From: Candidatus Latescibacterota bacterium
Lineage (GTDB): Bacteria > Latescibacterota > UBA2968 > SICM01
Length of the DNA stretch: 64,000 nt
Direction of reading: 5' to 3'
Assembly (NCBI GenBank): GCA_965217865.1
Contig: CBDCJO010000002.1
Coordinates: forward strand, 5,280,001-5,344,000
This document shows, piece by piece, positions 50,096-60,832 of the stretch; positions within the stretch are counted from its first letter, which is position 1, and each line of letters starts with the position of its first letter. Below the pieces are notes generated by a model, which saw nothing but the letters and a program-made list of their open reading frames with translations, was not told where the DNA came from and made no database searches. The position numbers were made by a program, and so were the translations under genes.

Positions 50096-51553
50096 ATGAA
50101 ACGCCACCGAATCCTCATCGTGGACGATGAGAAGGATATCCTGGACTCGCTTCGATTAGCTTTTGAAGAAGATTACGAGGTCGTTACCGCGAGCAGCGGG
50201 GAACAGGGTCTGGAAATCCTTCAGGGTCTTTCGGTCTCGGTTATGATCGTGGATCAGCGAATGCCCGGAATGGACGGGGTGACATTTCTGGATCAGGCGA
50301 TGCAATTGGCACCCAAAGCCGTCAGGATCATTTTGACGGGATATACCGATATGGATGCCTTGATCGCTGCCGTGAACTCGGGACAGATTTACCGATACAT
50401 ACACAAACCGTGGGAACCGGATGCATTGAAAATGGATGTTCGCCGCGCGGTGGAACGTTTCGAGATGTCTTCGGAGTTGGAGGAACGATATGGAGAGATC
50501 CTCCGGTTGAATCAAGAGCTGGAAGAGGCAAAACAAAAGCTTGAATTGGAGAATGTTCAGCTGCGTCACGCGGCTTCTCAACGCTATGTAGCAGATGGAT
50601 TGATCGGCCAAAGCCCAGCCATGGAAAGGGTTTATGATTTGATCGAAAAGGTCTTGAATAGCGATGTCACCGTTATCCTGACGGGTGAGACGGGCACGGG
50701 GAAAGAATTGCTTGCAAGATGTGTCCATTTTAATGGCCCGCGAAAAGAAATGCCTTTTGTTGCTCAAAACTGCGGGGCGTTACCTCCCGAGTTGCTCGAG
50801 AGCGAACTCTTCGGACATCGAAAGGGCGCCTTCACAGGAGCCGTTGAGGATCGGCCCGGGATGTTCGAGGCAGCCGACGGCGGAACTATATTTCTGGACG
50901 AGATCGGAGACACGTCCATGGCGATGCAGGTGCGGCTTCTAAGGGTGCTTCAGGAGGGGGAAATCCGTCGTGTGGGGGAAGTTCGGGACCGAAAGATCAA
51001 TGTGAGAACGATCGCTGCAACCAATCAGGACTTGAAGGTCGAAGTGGAGGCAAAGCGATTCAGGGAGGATCTTTATTTCAGGCTGAATGTGTTTCCGATC
51101 GAAGTCCCACCTCTTAGAGACCGGACCGAAGACGTTCCTCTCCTCGTCGCCCATTTTTTAAAGACTTACGCTACGGAACGCGAGGTTCTGTTTGCAGCAG
51201 AGGCGATGGATCTCCTCTGCCGATATTCATGGCCAGGTAATGTGAGGGAGCTTGAAAATGAAGTGCGAAGAGCCCTGCTCCTCGCAGGAGAAGCAAAACG
51301 AATCGGTCCTGAAGTGCTTACCGAGGTGATTCGCGAAAATGCTTCGCCCGGAAAATTACGTTTCGACGGCACCCTGAAGGCCGCAATCGTAGAGGTAGAG
51401 CGAAAAATGATCGTCGATGCCTTAAATCGCTCGGATGGAAACCGCACGCACGCCGCCCGGATGCTCGGGGTGAGTCGATGGGGATTGGTTCAGAAGATAG
51501 AGAAGTATGGGATTGAAGGAGCCGTGAAAGGAGCCGTGAAACGTGAGAAATGA
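50096..51553 (+). CDS. NtrC-family sigma54-dependent response regulator
   Basis: [41 protein letters not shown]; Fis-type HTH. Confidence 0.96.
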   Translation: MKRHRILIVDDEKDILDSLRLAFEEDYEVVTASSGEQGLEILQGLSVSVMIVDQRMPGMDGVTFLDQAMQLAPKAVRIILTGYTDMDALIAAVNSGQIYRYIHKPWEPDALKMDVRRAVERFEMSSELEERYGEILRLNQELEEAKQKLELENVQLRHAASQRYVADGLIGQSPAMERVYDLIEKVLNSDVTVILTGETGTGKELLARCVHFNGPRKEMPFVAQNCGALPPELLESELFGHRKGAFTGAVEDRPGMFEAADGGTIFLDEIGDTSMAMQVRLLRVLQEGEIRRVGEVRDRKINVRTIAATNQDLKVEVEAKRFREDLYFRLNVFPIEVPPLRDRTEDVPLLVAHFLKTYATEREVLFAAEAMDLLCRYSWPGNVRELENEVRRALLLAGEAKRIGPEVLTEVIRENASPGKLRFDGTLKAAIVEVERKMIVDALNRSDGNRTHAARMLGVSRWGLVQKIEKYGIEGAVKGAVKREK

Positions 51554-51683
51554 AACGGCAAACGGGGGAAGGAAATAAAGAGGAAGGATTAAAAGTATGG
51601 AAGGTTAAAGATGTGGGATCATCTTCCCATACTCCCACACCGGGGGATTTGAGGTAGAGCGGATTTGGAATCTGGAACTGATT

Positions 51684-54600
51684 ATGATTAAGCTGAGCCA
51701 TATGATCTCGGCGGTGATCATCCTGTCGACGGTATCACAAGCCAAGGCATCACAACAATATCAACCGGTTATTGCCGATCCCGTGTTGGAACCGTGGCGC
51801 TGGCGATCTTACCCGGAATTACAGGGTGTAGGACCTCAGTGTATGGTCGAAGATAAGGATGGAAATCTCTGGTTCGGGACGGACGAGGGGGTTCGGCGAT
51901 ACGATGGTGTAAACTGGACGGTCTTCACGCCGGACGACGGTCTGGTTGGGACGCCAGTTTCAGTCTTGTGCGCGACCAGGGACGGGATTATCTACGCTGG
52001 ATCGGAAGAAGGGATCTCCCGGTTCAGCAACGGTGAATGGGCCCGGATATTTCCCTCCGACGGTGATGTCCCTTTGCCCATCTACGATCTTATGGAGGCA
52101 TCGGATAGAAGCTTGTGGGTGGCGACAAAACACGGGGCTTTTCAGCTCCAAGGGGAGAAATGGACCTCCTACACCACGGAATCCTTGAATGATTTCGCGC
52201 TTTTTGCCATGCCCGGTGTGAAGATTACCTTAGTCCCAGATGAAATGACGCTGGTCAGCCACTGGGGGAGCGGGATCGGTGCTCTTGTGCTTCCGACTCA
52301 GGACGGATTTAAACGGATCGTGAAACTCGTATCTGGAGGCCCGGGCGAGGATGCAGGTCTGAAGGTGGGTGACCGGATTCTGAAGATTGACGGAACAGAA
52401 CCCCGTGGCCGCGCGTTGTTCGGGCCCGTTGGCACATCCGTCAGATTGACGGTTCAGCGGGAAGGCCAAACCGTACCCATAAAGGTTCCTGTGATCAGAG
52501 AACAGATCGCGGAGTCCTTCCGCGATTTTCCGGTCTTCGATGTCTTTGAAGACCTTCAGGGGTCTATATGGTTCGGTCTATCTCACGGTGATATCGTCCG
52601 CTACCATCCTGAAAGTCGATCGGGAAAGGATTCTAAGAACGGGTTACCCAGCCCAAGGAATAAATGGGAGCTTTACATCGAAGATGACGGACTCGATATC
52701 GGACCCTATCCTCGAATCGCCCAGACACCGGATGGTTCCATCTGGACGTTCTCGACGGCTACAAAACGTGGCCTCAACCGATTCCAGGAGGGTTTCTGGA
52801 TAAACATCCGGTTGGCCTCACCCGTTGGTGATCACCGCTACACCTCCATCCTCGGGGGCCAGGATGGTACGCTTTGGGTCGGAGGGTTTGGAACCCTGAA
52901 CGCGTTCCGCGACGGAGTATGGAAGGTTTACCATCCGCCCGATGTACCCGTTCCATCGATTGGGACGATCGATCTATTTGAGACATCAGATGGCGCCCTC
53001 TGGGTCATCAGTCGAGGCCAGGAAGCCACAAGGTTGGACTGCAGGACGCCTCAATGGGCAACTTACGAAGGCCTGGCGTTTCAGTGTGAGACACCCGATG
53101 GGGCGAAATGGTTTCTGACCCAGGACAATGGGGTTGTCAGTTTTAAGGGGGAGAACTGGATTCGCTATGGAGTAGAAGACGGGCTGATGGATTCCCCCAC
53201 GGCTTTGATCTCTACAAAAGCCGGTGTTCTCTGGGCAGCCGGGAGCAACGACAAGATTGCCGCAACGGCCCGGTTCGATGGGGTCGGATGGTCTTTACAA
53301 ACACACCCACGACTTTCCTGGGGCATCCATCCCAGCGCAGTCTACGAGTCCTCCGATGGTTCCCTATGGTTTGGAGCTACGAGGGGGTGGAGACGGATGC
53401 GGGGTCAGCGGGGGGGAGTCCTGAGGTTCAACGGGAATATGTGGGTCCATTACACGCCTCCATGGGCGCCGGTATACCTCACGGCTATCGCTGAAACCCC
53501 TGATGGCTTTGTCTGGTTCGGAGGTGATCGACTCTACAGCTTGAACAAACAGAGTTGGAACGTCGTGTCGGAACCTGAGGAGGTCTCCACAACAATCGAA
53601 CATGTGAAGACGGATCTTAATGGAAATCTATGGGTCGGGACACGAGCTTACGGCATATTTCACAGGAAGGGAGGTGTATGGTCCCGTTACGACGTAAGAG
53701 ATGGAATTGCCGCAAACGGGATCAAAAGCATCCTTCCAAGGAAAGATGGCAGCATTTGGGCTGGCACCGAAAAGGGAATCAGTCGCTTTGACGGGAGAAC
53801 CTGGACGACGCACGTCCTTCCCAAAGGCCTCTCCGGCTATATCCTTCGGGAATCCTCGGGAGGGTCTCTCTGGATCAACAATCTCCCTCTGGACTGGGCC
53901 ATGCGGGCAAGGGATGAAACTCCCGCTAAAAAGGGGGCTTATACGATTGGCACAACACGCTATAAGCCTGATGAAGAACCACCGGAAACCGATATCACGG
54001 TGTTTCAGGACAGGGTTTCTCAGCCCGGGAATACGATTATCTACTGGAAGGGGACCGATGCATGGCGCGCGACGCCGGACGAGGAACTTCAGTATGCTTG
54101 GCGTCTGGATGAAGGGGATTGGTCCCCCTTCTCTTCGGAGGAGAGCCAGGTATTCTTCTCTTTGTCAGGTGGGGACCATACCTTCGAAGTCAGGGGACGG
54201 GACCGGGATTTCAACGTTGACCCGACCCCGGCGTCCGTCCGATTCACAGTCGTGCCTCCGGCCTGGAGAAGTCCCTGGTTTCTGGGGTTGATGGTTATCC
54301 TACTCGCGGGAATCGGATTTCAGACTGGAAGGGTCATCCGACGGGGTTGGCGTTTGCAGGAGTCGAATTTGGCGCTTTCTGGAGCCTATCGACAAATCCA
54401 GGAGGCAAACCGCTTGAAGTCGCAATTTTTGGCCAATATGTCTCACGAGCTTCGAACCCCGATGAATTCGATCATCGGTTTCACCAACCTTGTCCTGAGG
54501 CGAGGGGCGGACTCCCTGTCTGAACGGCACCGAGACAACCTGACCAAGGTAAAGATGAGTGCCGATCACCTTTTAAATCTGATCAACGATATATTGGACC

Positions 54601-55124
54601 TCTCGAAGATTGAAGCCGGGAGGATGGATATCAAACCAGAATCGTTCGATGTAAAAAACTTGATTGCGAGTTGCTGCGCATCCGTAAGCCCCATCGTCAA
54701 GCCTGGGGTAAAATTGAATTACGAAGTCCAGGAAGGTGTTGAGGCCGCATATACAGACGAAGCCAGGCTGAGACAGATCGTTATAAATTTGCTTAGCAAT
54801 GCGATAAAATTTACGGAGCAGGGAGAGGTTTCTGTCTGCGTTTATAAAGACGGCGAATCCGATGGGGACCCGTCGATGATGGTTCGCGTATCGGATACTG
54901 GGATTGGAATCCCGGGGGATGCGGTGGATTATATTTTTGATGAGTTTCGTCAAGTTGACGGTTCAACCACCCGGCGCTACCAGGGTACGGGATTGGGGCT
55001 TTCGATTACCAAAAAATTTACCGAGCTTCTGGGAGGTGCGATTGACGTTGAGAGCCAGGAGGGAAAGGGTTCGACGTTCACGGTTCGAATTCCCGTGACT
55101 TACCGGGGGGGAGAGGCGAACTGA
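51684..55124 (+). CDS. Membrane sensor histidine kinase with two-component-regulator propeller, inserted PDZ and Y_Y_Y-like domain
   Basis: ED.DG.LWFGT repeats; PG..AGLKVGDRILKIDG PDZ; TM; FLANMSHELRTP, NLLSNAIKFT, DTGIGI and GTGLGL. Confidence 0.92.
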   Translation: MIKLSHMISAVIILSTVSQAKASQQYQPVIADPVLEPWRWRSYPELQGVGPQCMVEDKDGNLWFGTDEGVRRYDGVNWTVFTPDDGLVGTPVSVLCATRDGIIYAGSEEGISRFSNGEWARIFPSDGDVPLPIYDLMEASDRSLWVATKHGAFQLQGEKWTSYTTESLNDFALFAMPGVKITLVPDEMTLVSHWGSGIGALVLPTQDGFKRIVKLVSGGPGEDAGLKVGDRILKIDGTEPRGRALFGPVGTSVRLTVQREGQTVPIKVPVIREQIAESFRDFPVFDVFEDLQGSIWFGLSHGDIVRYHPESRSGKDSKNGLPSPRNKWELYIEDDGLDIGPYPRIAQTPDGSIWTFSTATKRGLNRFQEGFWINIRLASPVGDHRYTSILGGQDGTLWVGGFGTLNAFRDGVWKVYHPPDVPVPSIGTIDLFETSDGALWVISRGQEATRLDCRTPQWATYEGLAFQCETPDGAKWFLTQDNGVVSFKGENWIRYGVEDGLMDSPTALISTKAGVLWAAGSNDKIAATARFDGVGWSLQTHPRLSWGIHPSAVYESSDGSLWFGATRGWRRMRGQRGGVLRFNGNMWVHYTPPWAPVYLTAIAETPDGFVWFGGDRLYSLNKQSWNVVSEPEEVSTTIEHVKTDLNGNLWVGTRAYGIFHRKGGVWSRYDVRDGIAANGIKSILPRKDGSIWAGTEKGISRFDGRTWTTHVLPKGLSGYILRESSGGSLWINNLPLDWAMRARDETPAKKGAYTIGTTRYKPDEEPPETDITVFQDRVSQPGNTIIYWKGTDAWRATPDEELQYAWRLDEGDWSPFSSEESQVFFSLSGGDHTFEVRGRDRDFNVDPTPASVRFTVVPPAWRSPWFLGLMVILLAGIGFQTGRVIRRGWRLQESNLALSGAYRQIQEANRLKSQFLANMSHELRTPMNSIIGFTNLVLRRGADSLSERHRDNLTKVKMSADHLLNLINDILDLSKIEAGRMDIKPESFDVKNLIASCCASVSPIVKPGVKLNYEVQEGVEAAYTDEARLRQIVINLLSNAIKFTEQGEVSVCVYKDGESDGDPSMMVRVSDTGIGIPGDAVDYIFDEFRQVDGSTTRRYQGTGLGLSITKKFTELLGGAIDVESQEGKGSTFTVRIPVTYRGGEAN

Positions 55125-55170
55125 AGAACCTCAGGTGGATGAGGCTTTCAAAAGGGGAAGACGCAATCCG

Positions 55171-56376
55171 ATGGAAAATGGAAAACCCACGATTCTAATC
55201 GTCGACGACGAGCCTTTCAACCTCGACTTGCTTGAACAGGAGCTCATCGACCAGTACGAGGTCGTGAAGGCGAAAGATGGTGAGGAAGCCCTTCGGGAGG
55301 CTGGAGAAACCAATCCCGACGTGATCCTGCTTGATGTGCGGATGCCTGGGATGAGCGGACTTGAAGTCGTAGAACACCTCAGGGGATCGGAACGGCACCT
55401 CACCACCCCGGTGATCCTTCTGACGGCACAGTCTGGGCTGAGCGATCAGGTCGAGGGACTGGATTCCGGCGCGGATGATTATATCACCAAGCCTTTTGAA
55501 CCCGAGGATCTGCACGCCCGGATCCGAAGTGCGCTGAGGATCGGTCGTTTACAGAAGGCATTGGCCCGGGATCGAAACGATCTGAAGGAAGCCCTGGAGA
55601 ACCTCCGGGCGACCGAAGCCCAGTTGGTGCATTCTGAAAAGATGGCCGCCCTCGGAAAGCTGGTGGCCGGAGTTGCTCACGAGTTAAACAATCCAATCGG
55701 ATTTATCTATGCAAACGTGGAACACCTCCGCCGATATTTGGGAACGCTGCGGGATGTTTTCACGGAGACTGAACTATCGCCCGATATGGCCGGACGTTGC
55801 GCAAAGGCATTTGAAACCCTGGACCGGGTTATCGAGAACTGTGCCGATGGCGCAAATCGAATCAAGGTGATCGTAAAAGGGCTGAGAACCTTCTCTCGGC
55901 TGGATGAGGCTGAGTTAAAGACGGTGGACATACACGAGGGTATCGACAGCACCCTGGCGTTGCTGGAACATTATCTTAAGGATCGCGTCGAAGTCCATCG
56001 AAATTTCGGAGATCTTCCCCCCCTGGAATGCTTCGCCGGACAGCTCAACCAGGTCTTCATGAATCTGTTGACGAATGCATCAGATTCAATTGTGGGACAA
56101 GGGGATATATGGATCGATACAATCATAGAAGGTGAAAATGCCCGGATCTCGATCCGGGATTCCGGTTCGGGAATCCACCCAGAAGATATCAACCGGATCT
56201 TCGACCCGTTTTTCACCACCAAAGAGGTAGGAAAGGGGACCGGCCTGGGATTGTCGATCAGCTACGGGATCGTGGAAAGACACGAAGGCCGGATCGAGGT
56301 GGAGAGCGAGGAAGGGAAGGGCAGCACATTTTCGGTGATCGTGCCGTTGAAGTTAAGCAAGAGGACAAAGGGTTGA
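55171..56376 (+). CDS. REC-histidine kinase (NtrB-like)
   Basis: REC; GVAHELNNP; NQVFMNLL.NA; FDPFFTTK.VGKGTGLGL. Confidence 0.93.
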   Translation: MENGKPTILIVDDEPFNLDLLEQELIDQYEVVKAKDGEEALREAGETNPDVILLDVRMPGMSGLEVVEHLRGSERHLTTPVILLTAQSGLSDQVEGLDSGADDYITKPFEPEDLHARIRSALRIGRLQKALARDRNDLKEALENLRATEAQLVHSEKMAALGKLVAGVAHELNNPIGFIYANVEHLRRYLGTLRDVFTETELSPDMAGRCAKAFETLDRVIENCADGANRIKVIVKGLRTFSRLDEAELKTVDIHEGIDSTLALLEHYLKDRVEVHRNFGDLPPLECFAGQLNQVFMNLLTNASDSIVGQGDIWIDTIIEGENARISIRDSGSGIHPEDINRIFDPFFTTKEVGKGTGLGLSISYGIVERHEGRIEVESEEGKGSTFSVIVPLKLSKRTKG

Positions 56377-56621
56377 TGGTGGTTTTTTTGGTTATGGCTG
56401 GACTCTAATCAATGAATGATTTTACGTCTCGATATAATCGACGTTTTTTAAGACGCTGGCTTAGAACCCCAAATCTGCCAGAATTTTGATCCTTCCACGT
56501 CTCAGATAGCCCGGTTCATGAAATATTACCTCGATTGCATCATCGATCCAACCTTTTCAAATTCCTATCTTCAACTTATCGAATTCCCATCATCCAACAG
56601 CTTAGTTTGGTCGGATCAAAT

Positions 56622-56690
56622 TAGAGTCTTACATTGCAACTTCTCCGTAAGATGCGGACATCTTTTGGGTTGCGCCTGAGCGAAGCGAAG
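56622..56690 (+). repeat. Stand-alone copy of the AGAGTCTTAC...GATGCG...GGTTGCG..TGAGCGAAGCG repeat
   Basis: Aligns with 34521-34595 and 34998-35065. Confidence 0.6.
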
Positions 56691-56829
56691 AAAGGGAAAT
56701 GGGCGGGATTACCATAATTCTACTTGACTTCAGCGTCCCATTGGTAGTATGATTTCATCCGAGATGTCGGGCAAAGGGGGTATTTGTGTCCGGAAAATCC
56801 GTGCTGGGATTAAAGTTAAGGAGCGACGC

Positions 56830-58500
56830 TTGTCAAAGATTCTGATTATCGATGATGAAGAAGATAGCCGGATCATGTTGTCTGAAATCCTTGAATCCGA
56901 GGGCCACGAAGTCATTGAAGCTCGTGATGGGAGGGAGGGCCTGGAAGAGATTCGCCGATCCCGTCCGGACATGGTTTTTCTGGATATGAGGATGCCTGAG
57001 ATGGATGGTTTACAGGTTCTCGAAGTCCTCCGGAGTGAAAAAAACGAGGAACTGAGGACCACACCCGTCACCGTGCTGACCGGCCTTGACTCGGGGCAGC
57101 AAGTAATCGACAGCCTCGAAGAGGGGGCAAACGATTATATCACCAAACCATTCAATGTGGAAGAATTGCTCGCACGCCTGGGCGTCCAACTCCGGGTCCA
57201 GAAACTGGAACGTGAAATCCGAGAGTCCGAAAGACGATATCGTACGATGTTCGAGCGCTCTGCGGATCCGATGGTCCTGCTGGACGAGAGTGGAAAGATT
57301 CTCCAAGCGAACCAGGCGGCAGCCATCCTGCTCGATTCGAGCCCGGAAAAACTAACGGGAGTTCCGGTCCAGGAGCTTGTTACCGCTTCAGGTAGTGCGG
57401 AGTTTGAGGCCGCTCTCGTTGGGGCCTTTGAAGGCAGCAAGATCCCGATTTTCGAAAGCCATCTGGTTCCACTCAAGGGGAACCCCCTTCCCGTAGACAT
57501 CGATCTTCACACGATCGAGATCCAGAACCGGCGCAATCTGCTTCTGCACATACGAGACATCCGTTGGCGGAAAGCCACCCAGGTCTGGTCGAACATGGTC
57601 TTCGAATTCATCGGAGATGCCATATTTATAACGGACGGCAGGGGAATCATCCTGCTGGCCAGCAGGAGTGCGGCCGACATGACGAGGTATTCACAGAATG
57701 AGATTGTGGGCCTGGATATCGCAAAGCTCCATCCTGAAGAGACCATCCGGCAGTGGAAAGAACAGTATTTTTCCAACCTTCGGGAAGGGCACTCCATGGT
57801 TTATGAAGGAGAGCTCCGGAAGAAGGACGGGAATAAAATTCCGGTAGAATGGGTCCTCGCTCTTTTTCTTGTGGACGGGGAGGAGTTCTTGATAGGTGTG
57901 GCAAGGGACCTGACGGAACGAAAACTGCTTGAAGAGCAGCTTCGCCAGACCCAGAAGATGAAAGCGATCGGCCAACTGGCAGGGGGTATCGCCCACGAGT
58001 TTAACAACCTGCTCCAGGTGATCTTGGGATACAGCGAGCTCCTTCGAAACCGGCCTTCCGTGGAGGAACCCATACGTGGAGAGGTGGCGGAGATCCAGAA
58101 GGCAGGAGAACGTGCGGCTTCCCTAACCCAACGGCTCCTGGCCTTTAGTCGTCGCCAGGTCCTGATGCCGACTATGCTGGATTTCAACGCGGTTGTTACG
58201 CGGATGGACGCGATGCTTCGGCGTTTGATCGGTGACCAGATTCAGATGATAACCGAGCTTCCCCAGGGATTGGAGCGGGTGAAGGCTGATCCGGGTCAGA
58301 TTGAAGAAGTCATTCTGAACCTTGTGGTGAATGCGAGGGATGCGATGCCGGAAGGGGGGAAGCTGACGATTGGGACTGAGAATGTGAAATTGGGCGACGA
58401 TTACTGCCGTGACCATCCTGAGATTCAACCGGGTTCCTATGTGATGTTGACGGTTAAAGACACGGGTCCGGTTGCATCCAAGGGTCCGGCTCGTAAGTGA
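56830..58500 (+). pseudogene. REC-PAS-PAS-HisKA kinase truncated within the HATPase domain
   Basis: GGIAHEFNN and NLVVNARDAMP.GG.L are present, but the gene stops just after V.DTG (no FFTTK/GTGLGL). Confidence 0.8.
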
Positions 58501-58723
58501 AGGTGTCCCACGAACTGTCGTTAAACCCCGGATCAGCCCACTCCGCCTGATCGCCGGAACGGTATCGCCAACCCTCTGTGAGTAAAAGCAGACCATACGA
58601 ATCCCTCAACCCCTCGGGGTCAAGTGCGGGCCTTGAGATGACAAACCCTCCGGCCGATTGGCTCTGTGCCGTCGAAGTTGGGGCGAGGATCGTTAGGCAT
58701 ATGATGGCAAGTCTTGATATCAT
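58454..58723 (-). pseudogene. N-terminal fragment of a secreted sugar-binding-like sensor protein
   Basis: Signal peptide, then L.EGWRYRSGD..EWADPGFNDSSW. It ends at the junction with the truncated kinase. Confidence 0.6.
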
Positions 58724-58852
58724 TGCGGCTCAAGTCATTGAAGGGTTAGGGATTTCAACCTTCCTCAAGTTAAATTCGCCTACGGCCTGCGTCAAGGGAA
58801 AAGGGATCGAGCCAGAATGGGAACACTTCGCTCCCCGAGAGCGTTTTTAGCC

Positions 58853-58882
58853 TTGACATTCGAACCCCTAAACGGTTAATTT
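58853..58882 (+). promoter_or_regulatory. sigma70 promoter of the YbjN-pspA operon
   Basis: TTGACA then 18 nt then TAATTT. GAGGAG RBS before 58934. Confidence 0.55.
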
Positions 58883-58933
58883 TGTCGAACAGTTCAAGAA
58901 ATTATAACGTTTTACAACCGTCGAGGAGCCTCC

Positions 58934-59329
58934 ATGTCAGACTATTTCGAAACCGTAAGGGGCCACCTGAACGACCTGGATCTTTTGATCGAATCGGAAG
59001 ATCCCGAGGATGAACTCTTCATCGTAAACGACGAAGATCGTGGTATTCATCAGCTTATCGTCGACTGCGCGGATCCGATACTGATCCTGGAGCAGGCCAT
59101 CATGCCGGTTCCGTCGAATCCGGGTGACCTCTTCAGACGTCTGCTAAATATCAACCGTACCCTGATCCACGGAGCCTTTGCAATCGATGAAGAGACCGGG
59201 ACAATCCTGTTTCGGGATACCCTTCGCCTGGAGACCCTCGATCGGGGAGAGATCGAAGGATCGATCAACGCCCTGGGATTGGCACTCGCGGAAAACGCGG
59301 ATGAACTCTTGAGTTACCACCAACGATAG
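58934..59329 (+). CDS. YbjN/CesT-like (T3SS-chaperone fold) protein
   Basis: LF.RLL.INR...HGAFAID.....LFRDTL.LE.LD..E pattern, directly upstream of pspA. Confidence 0.8.
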   Translation: MSDYFETVRGHLNDLDLLIESEDPEDELFIVNDEDRGIHQLIVDCADPILILEQAIMPVPSNPGDLFRRLLNINRTLIHGAFAIDEETGTILFRDTLRLETLDRGEIEGSINALGLALAENADELLSYHQR

Positions 59330-59339
59330 GAGACCTAAC

Positions 59340-60044
59340 ATGGGAATCTTCCAGAGAATATTCAGCGTAGGCAAAGCGGAAGCCCACGCCGCCATCGATC
59401 ACCTCGAAGATCCGATAAAGATGACCGAGCAGGGAATCCGGGACCTGAAAAAGGACCTGAACAGCGCCATGACCAGTCTGGCGGAGGTCAAGGGGCTTGC
59501 CATCCGTCTGAAAAAGGAGAAGGAGGATAATAAAAAGGCCGCGGCGGACTATGACCGGAAGGCCATGCTTCTCCTTCAGAAGGCTGAAAAGGGGGAAATT
59601 GATTCGGCCGAAGCGGATCGGCTTGCGACGGAGTCCCTGAAACGGAAGGAGGAGTCCGAAAATCGCGCGGTGTCCCTGACCAAGGACTGGCAGCAGCAGG
59701 AAACGACCGCAGCAAACCTTCATGGCCAGGTGGAGAAGCTCAAGTCCACCATCGCAAGTTACGATAACGATCTGGTCACCCTGCGCGCAAGGGCGCGGAC
59801 AGCAGCTGCCACGAAGAAGATCAACCGGCAGTTGGCCCGGGTCGATTCGTCCGGCACGCTCGCCATGCTTGAAAAGATGAAGGACAGGGTCGCCAAGGAC
59901 GAGTCCCTCTCCCAGGCTTACGGGGAAATCGCTTCTTCCGAAAGATCGGTTGAGGAAGAGATCGACTCCGCCCTTGCCGGAACGGATAACAAAGGCGCGG
60001 ACAAACTCGCCGAACTCAAGGCAAAGATGGGGGTGGGGAAGTGA
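59340..60044 (+). CDS. pspA: PspA/IM30 (ESCRT-III superfamily) protein
   Basis: MGIFQRI amphipathic start, ID.LEDP.KM.EQ.IRDL, coiled coil, LAELKAKMG end. Confidence 0.9.
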   Translation: MGIFQRIFSVGKAEAHAAIDHLEDPIKMTEQGIRDLKKDLNSAMTSLAEVKGLAIRLKKEKEDNKKAAADYDRKAMLLLQKAEKGEIDSAEADRLATESLKRKEESENRAVSLTKDWQQQETTAANLHGQVEKLKSTIASYDNDLVTLRARARTAAATKKINRQLARVDSSGTLAMLEKMKDRVAKDESLSQAYGEIASSERSVEEEIDSALAGTDNKGADKLAELKAKMGVGK

Positions 60045-60159
60045 CACCTCCGCTTCCAAGTTCGATGTTCCAGGTTCCTGCTTCTGATAATACGGAGTCG
60101 TGAACGAAACTTGGAACAGGAAACCTGGAACAGGAAACCTGGAACTCGGAATTTTACTC

Positions 60160-60705
60160 ATGTCCTGGAATCCGTTTAAAAAGAAGCCGAAAGAACCCGA
60201 ACTCGACCCCCTGAAGGATCTGACGCTGTCGAATCTAAAACCCGGGTACTTCCTTGAATATGACCTCAAGACCTGGCAGGTCAAGGGACAGAATCGCTAC
60301 GACTTCGACGGGGATAGAACCGATGAGTGGGAACTGGTCAGCGGTGAAGAGGTCCGCTACCTGGAGCGGGAGGAGGACGATGGGGTTTCCTGGACGCTCG
60401 CCCAAAAGATTCCGGTCTCACAAATTGAGGGAAACCTCCAGACCTCCCTGCGGAATCAGGAGGACCCTCCGGAACGGGTCACCTGCGACGGGGTCGAATA
60501 TTTCGGAGAATCCAGTCAGGTGGGGACGTTTTTCAAGGATGGGACGGGAACAGGACAGGAATTTATCGTATGGGATTACATTGACAGATCCCAAAAGTTG
60601 ACCCTGGGCATCGAACAGTGGGGGGACGAAGAATACGAAGCCTCACTGGGCGAGATCGTAGAGGAATATCAGTTCAGCCGAATCCTTCCTTCAAAGCAGA
60701 ATTGA
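60160..60705 (+). CDS. DUF4178-domain protein
   Basis: L.PG..L.YD..TWQV....YD.....EW.L and L.IEQWG..EYEAS.G motifs, plus PspA context. Confidence 0.75.
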   Translation: MSWNPFKKKPKEPELDPLKDLTLSNLKPGYFLEYDLKTWQVKGQNRYDFDGDRTDEWELVSGEEVRYLEREEDDGVSWTLAQKIPVSQIEGNLQTSLRNQEDPPERVTCDGVEYFGESSQVGTFFKDGTGTGQEFIVWDYIDRSQKLTLGIEQWGDEEYEASLGEIVEEYQFSRILPSKQN

Positions 60706-60832
60706 TGACGTAAAGTGGGGCTCCCGGACGTCAAAACTTCCGTTTACCTTCCACTCCACCCACTTGGGAGGGTTTTGGGGGGGCCAATTTACACTTTCCA
60801 TTTTCCACTTTTCATTTCCATTCCATCTTCTC

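Noticed and set aside
56400-56620. AT-rich stretch with a broken reading frame (IIDVF*DAGLEPQICQNF...)
   Set aside because: Possibly a gene remnant, but I cannot assign it to any family from sequence alone.
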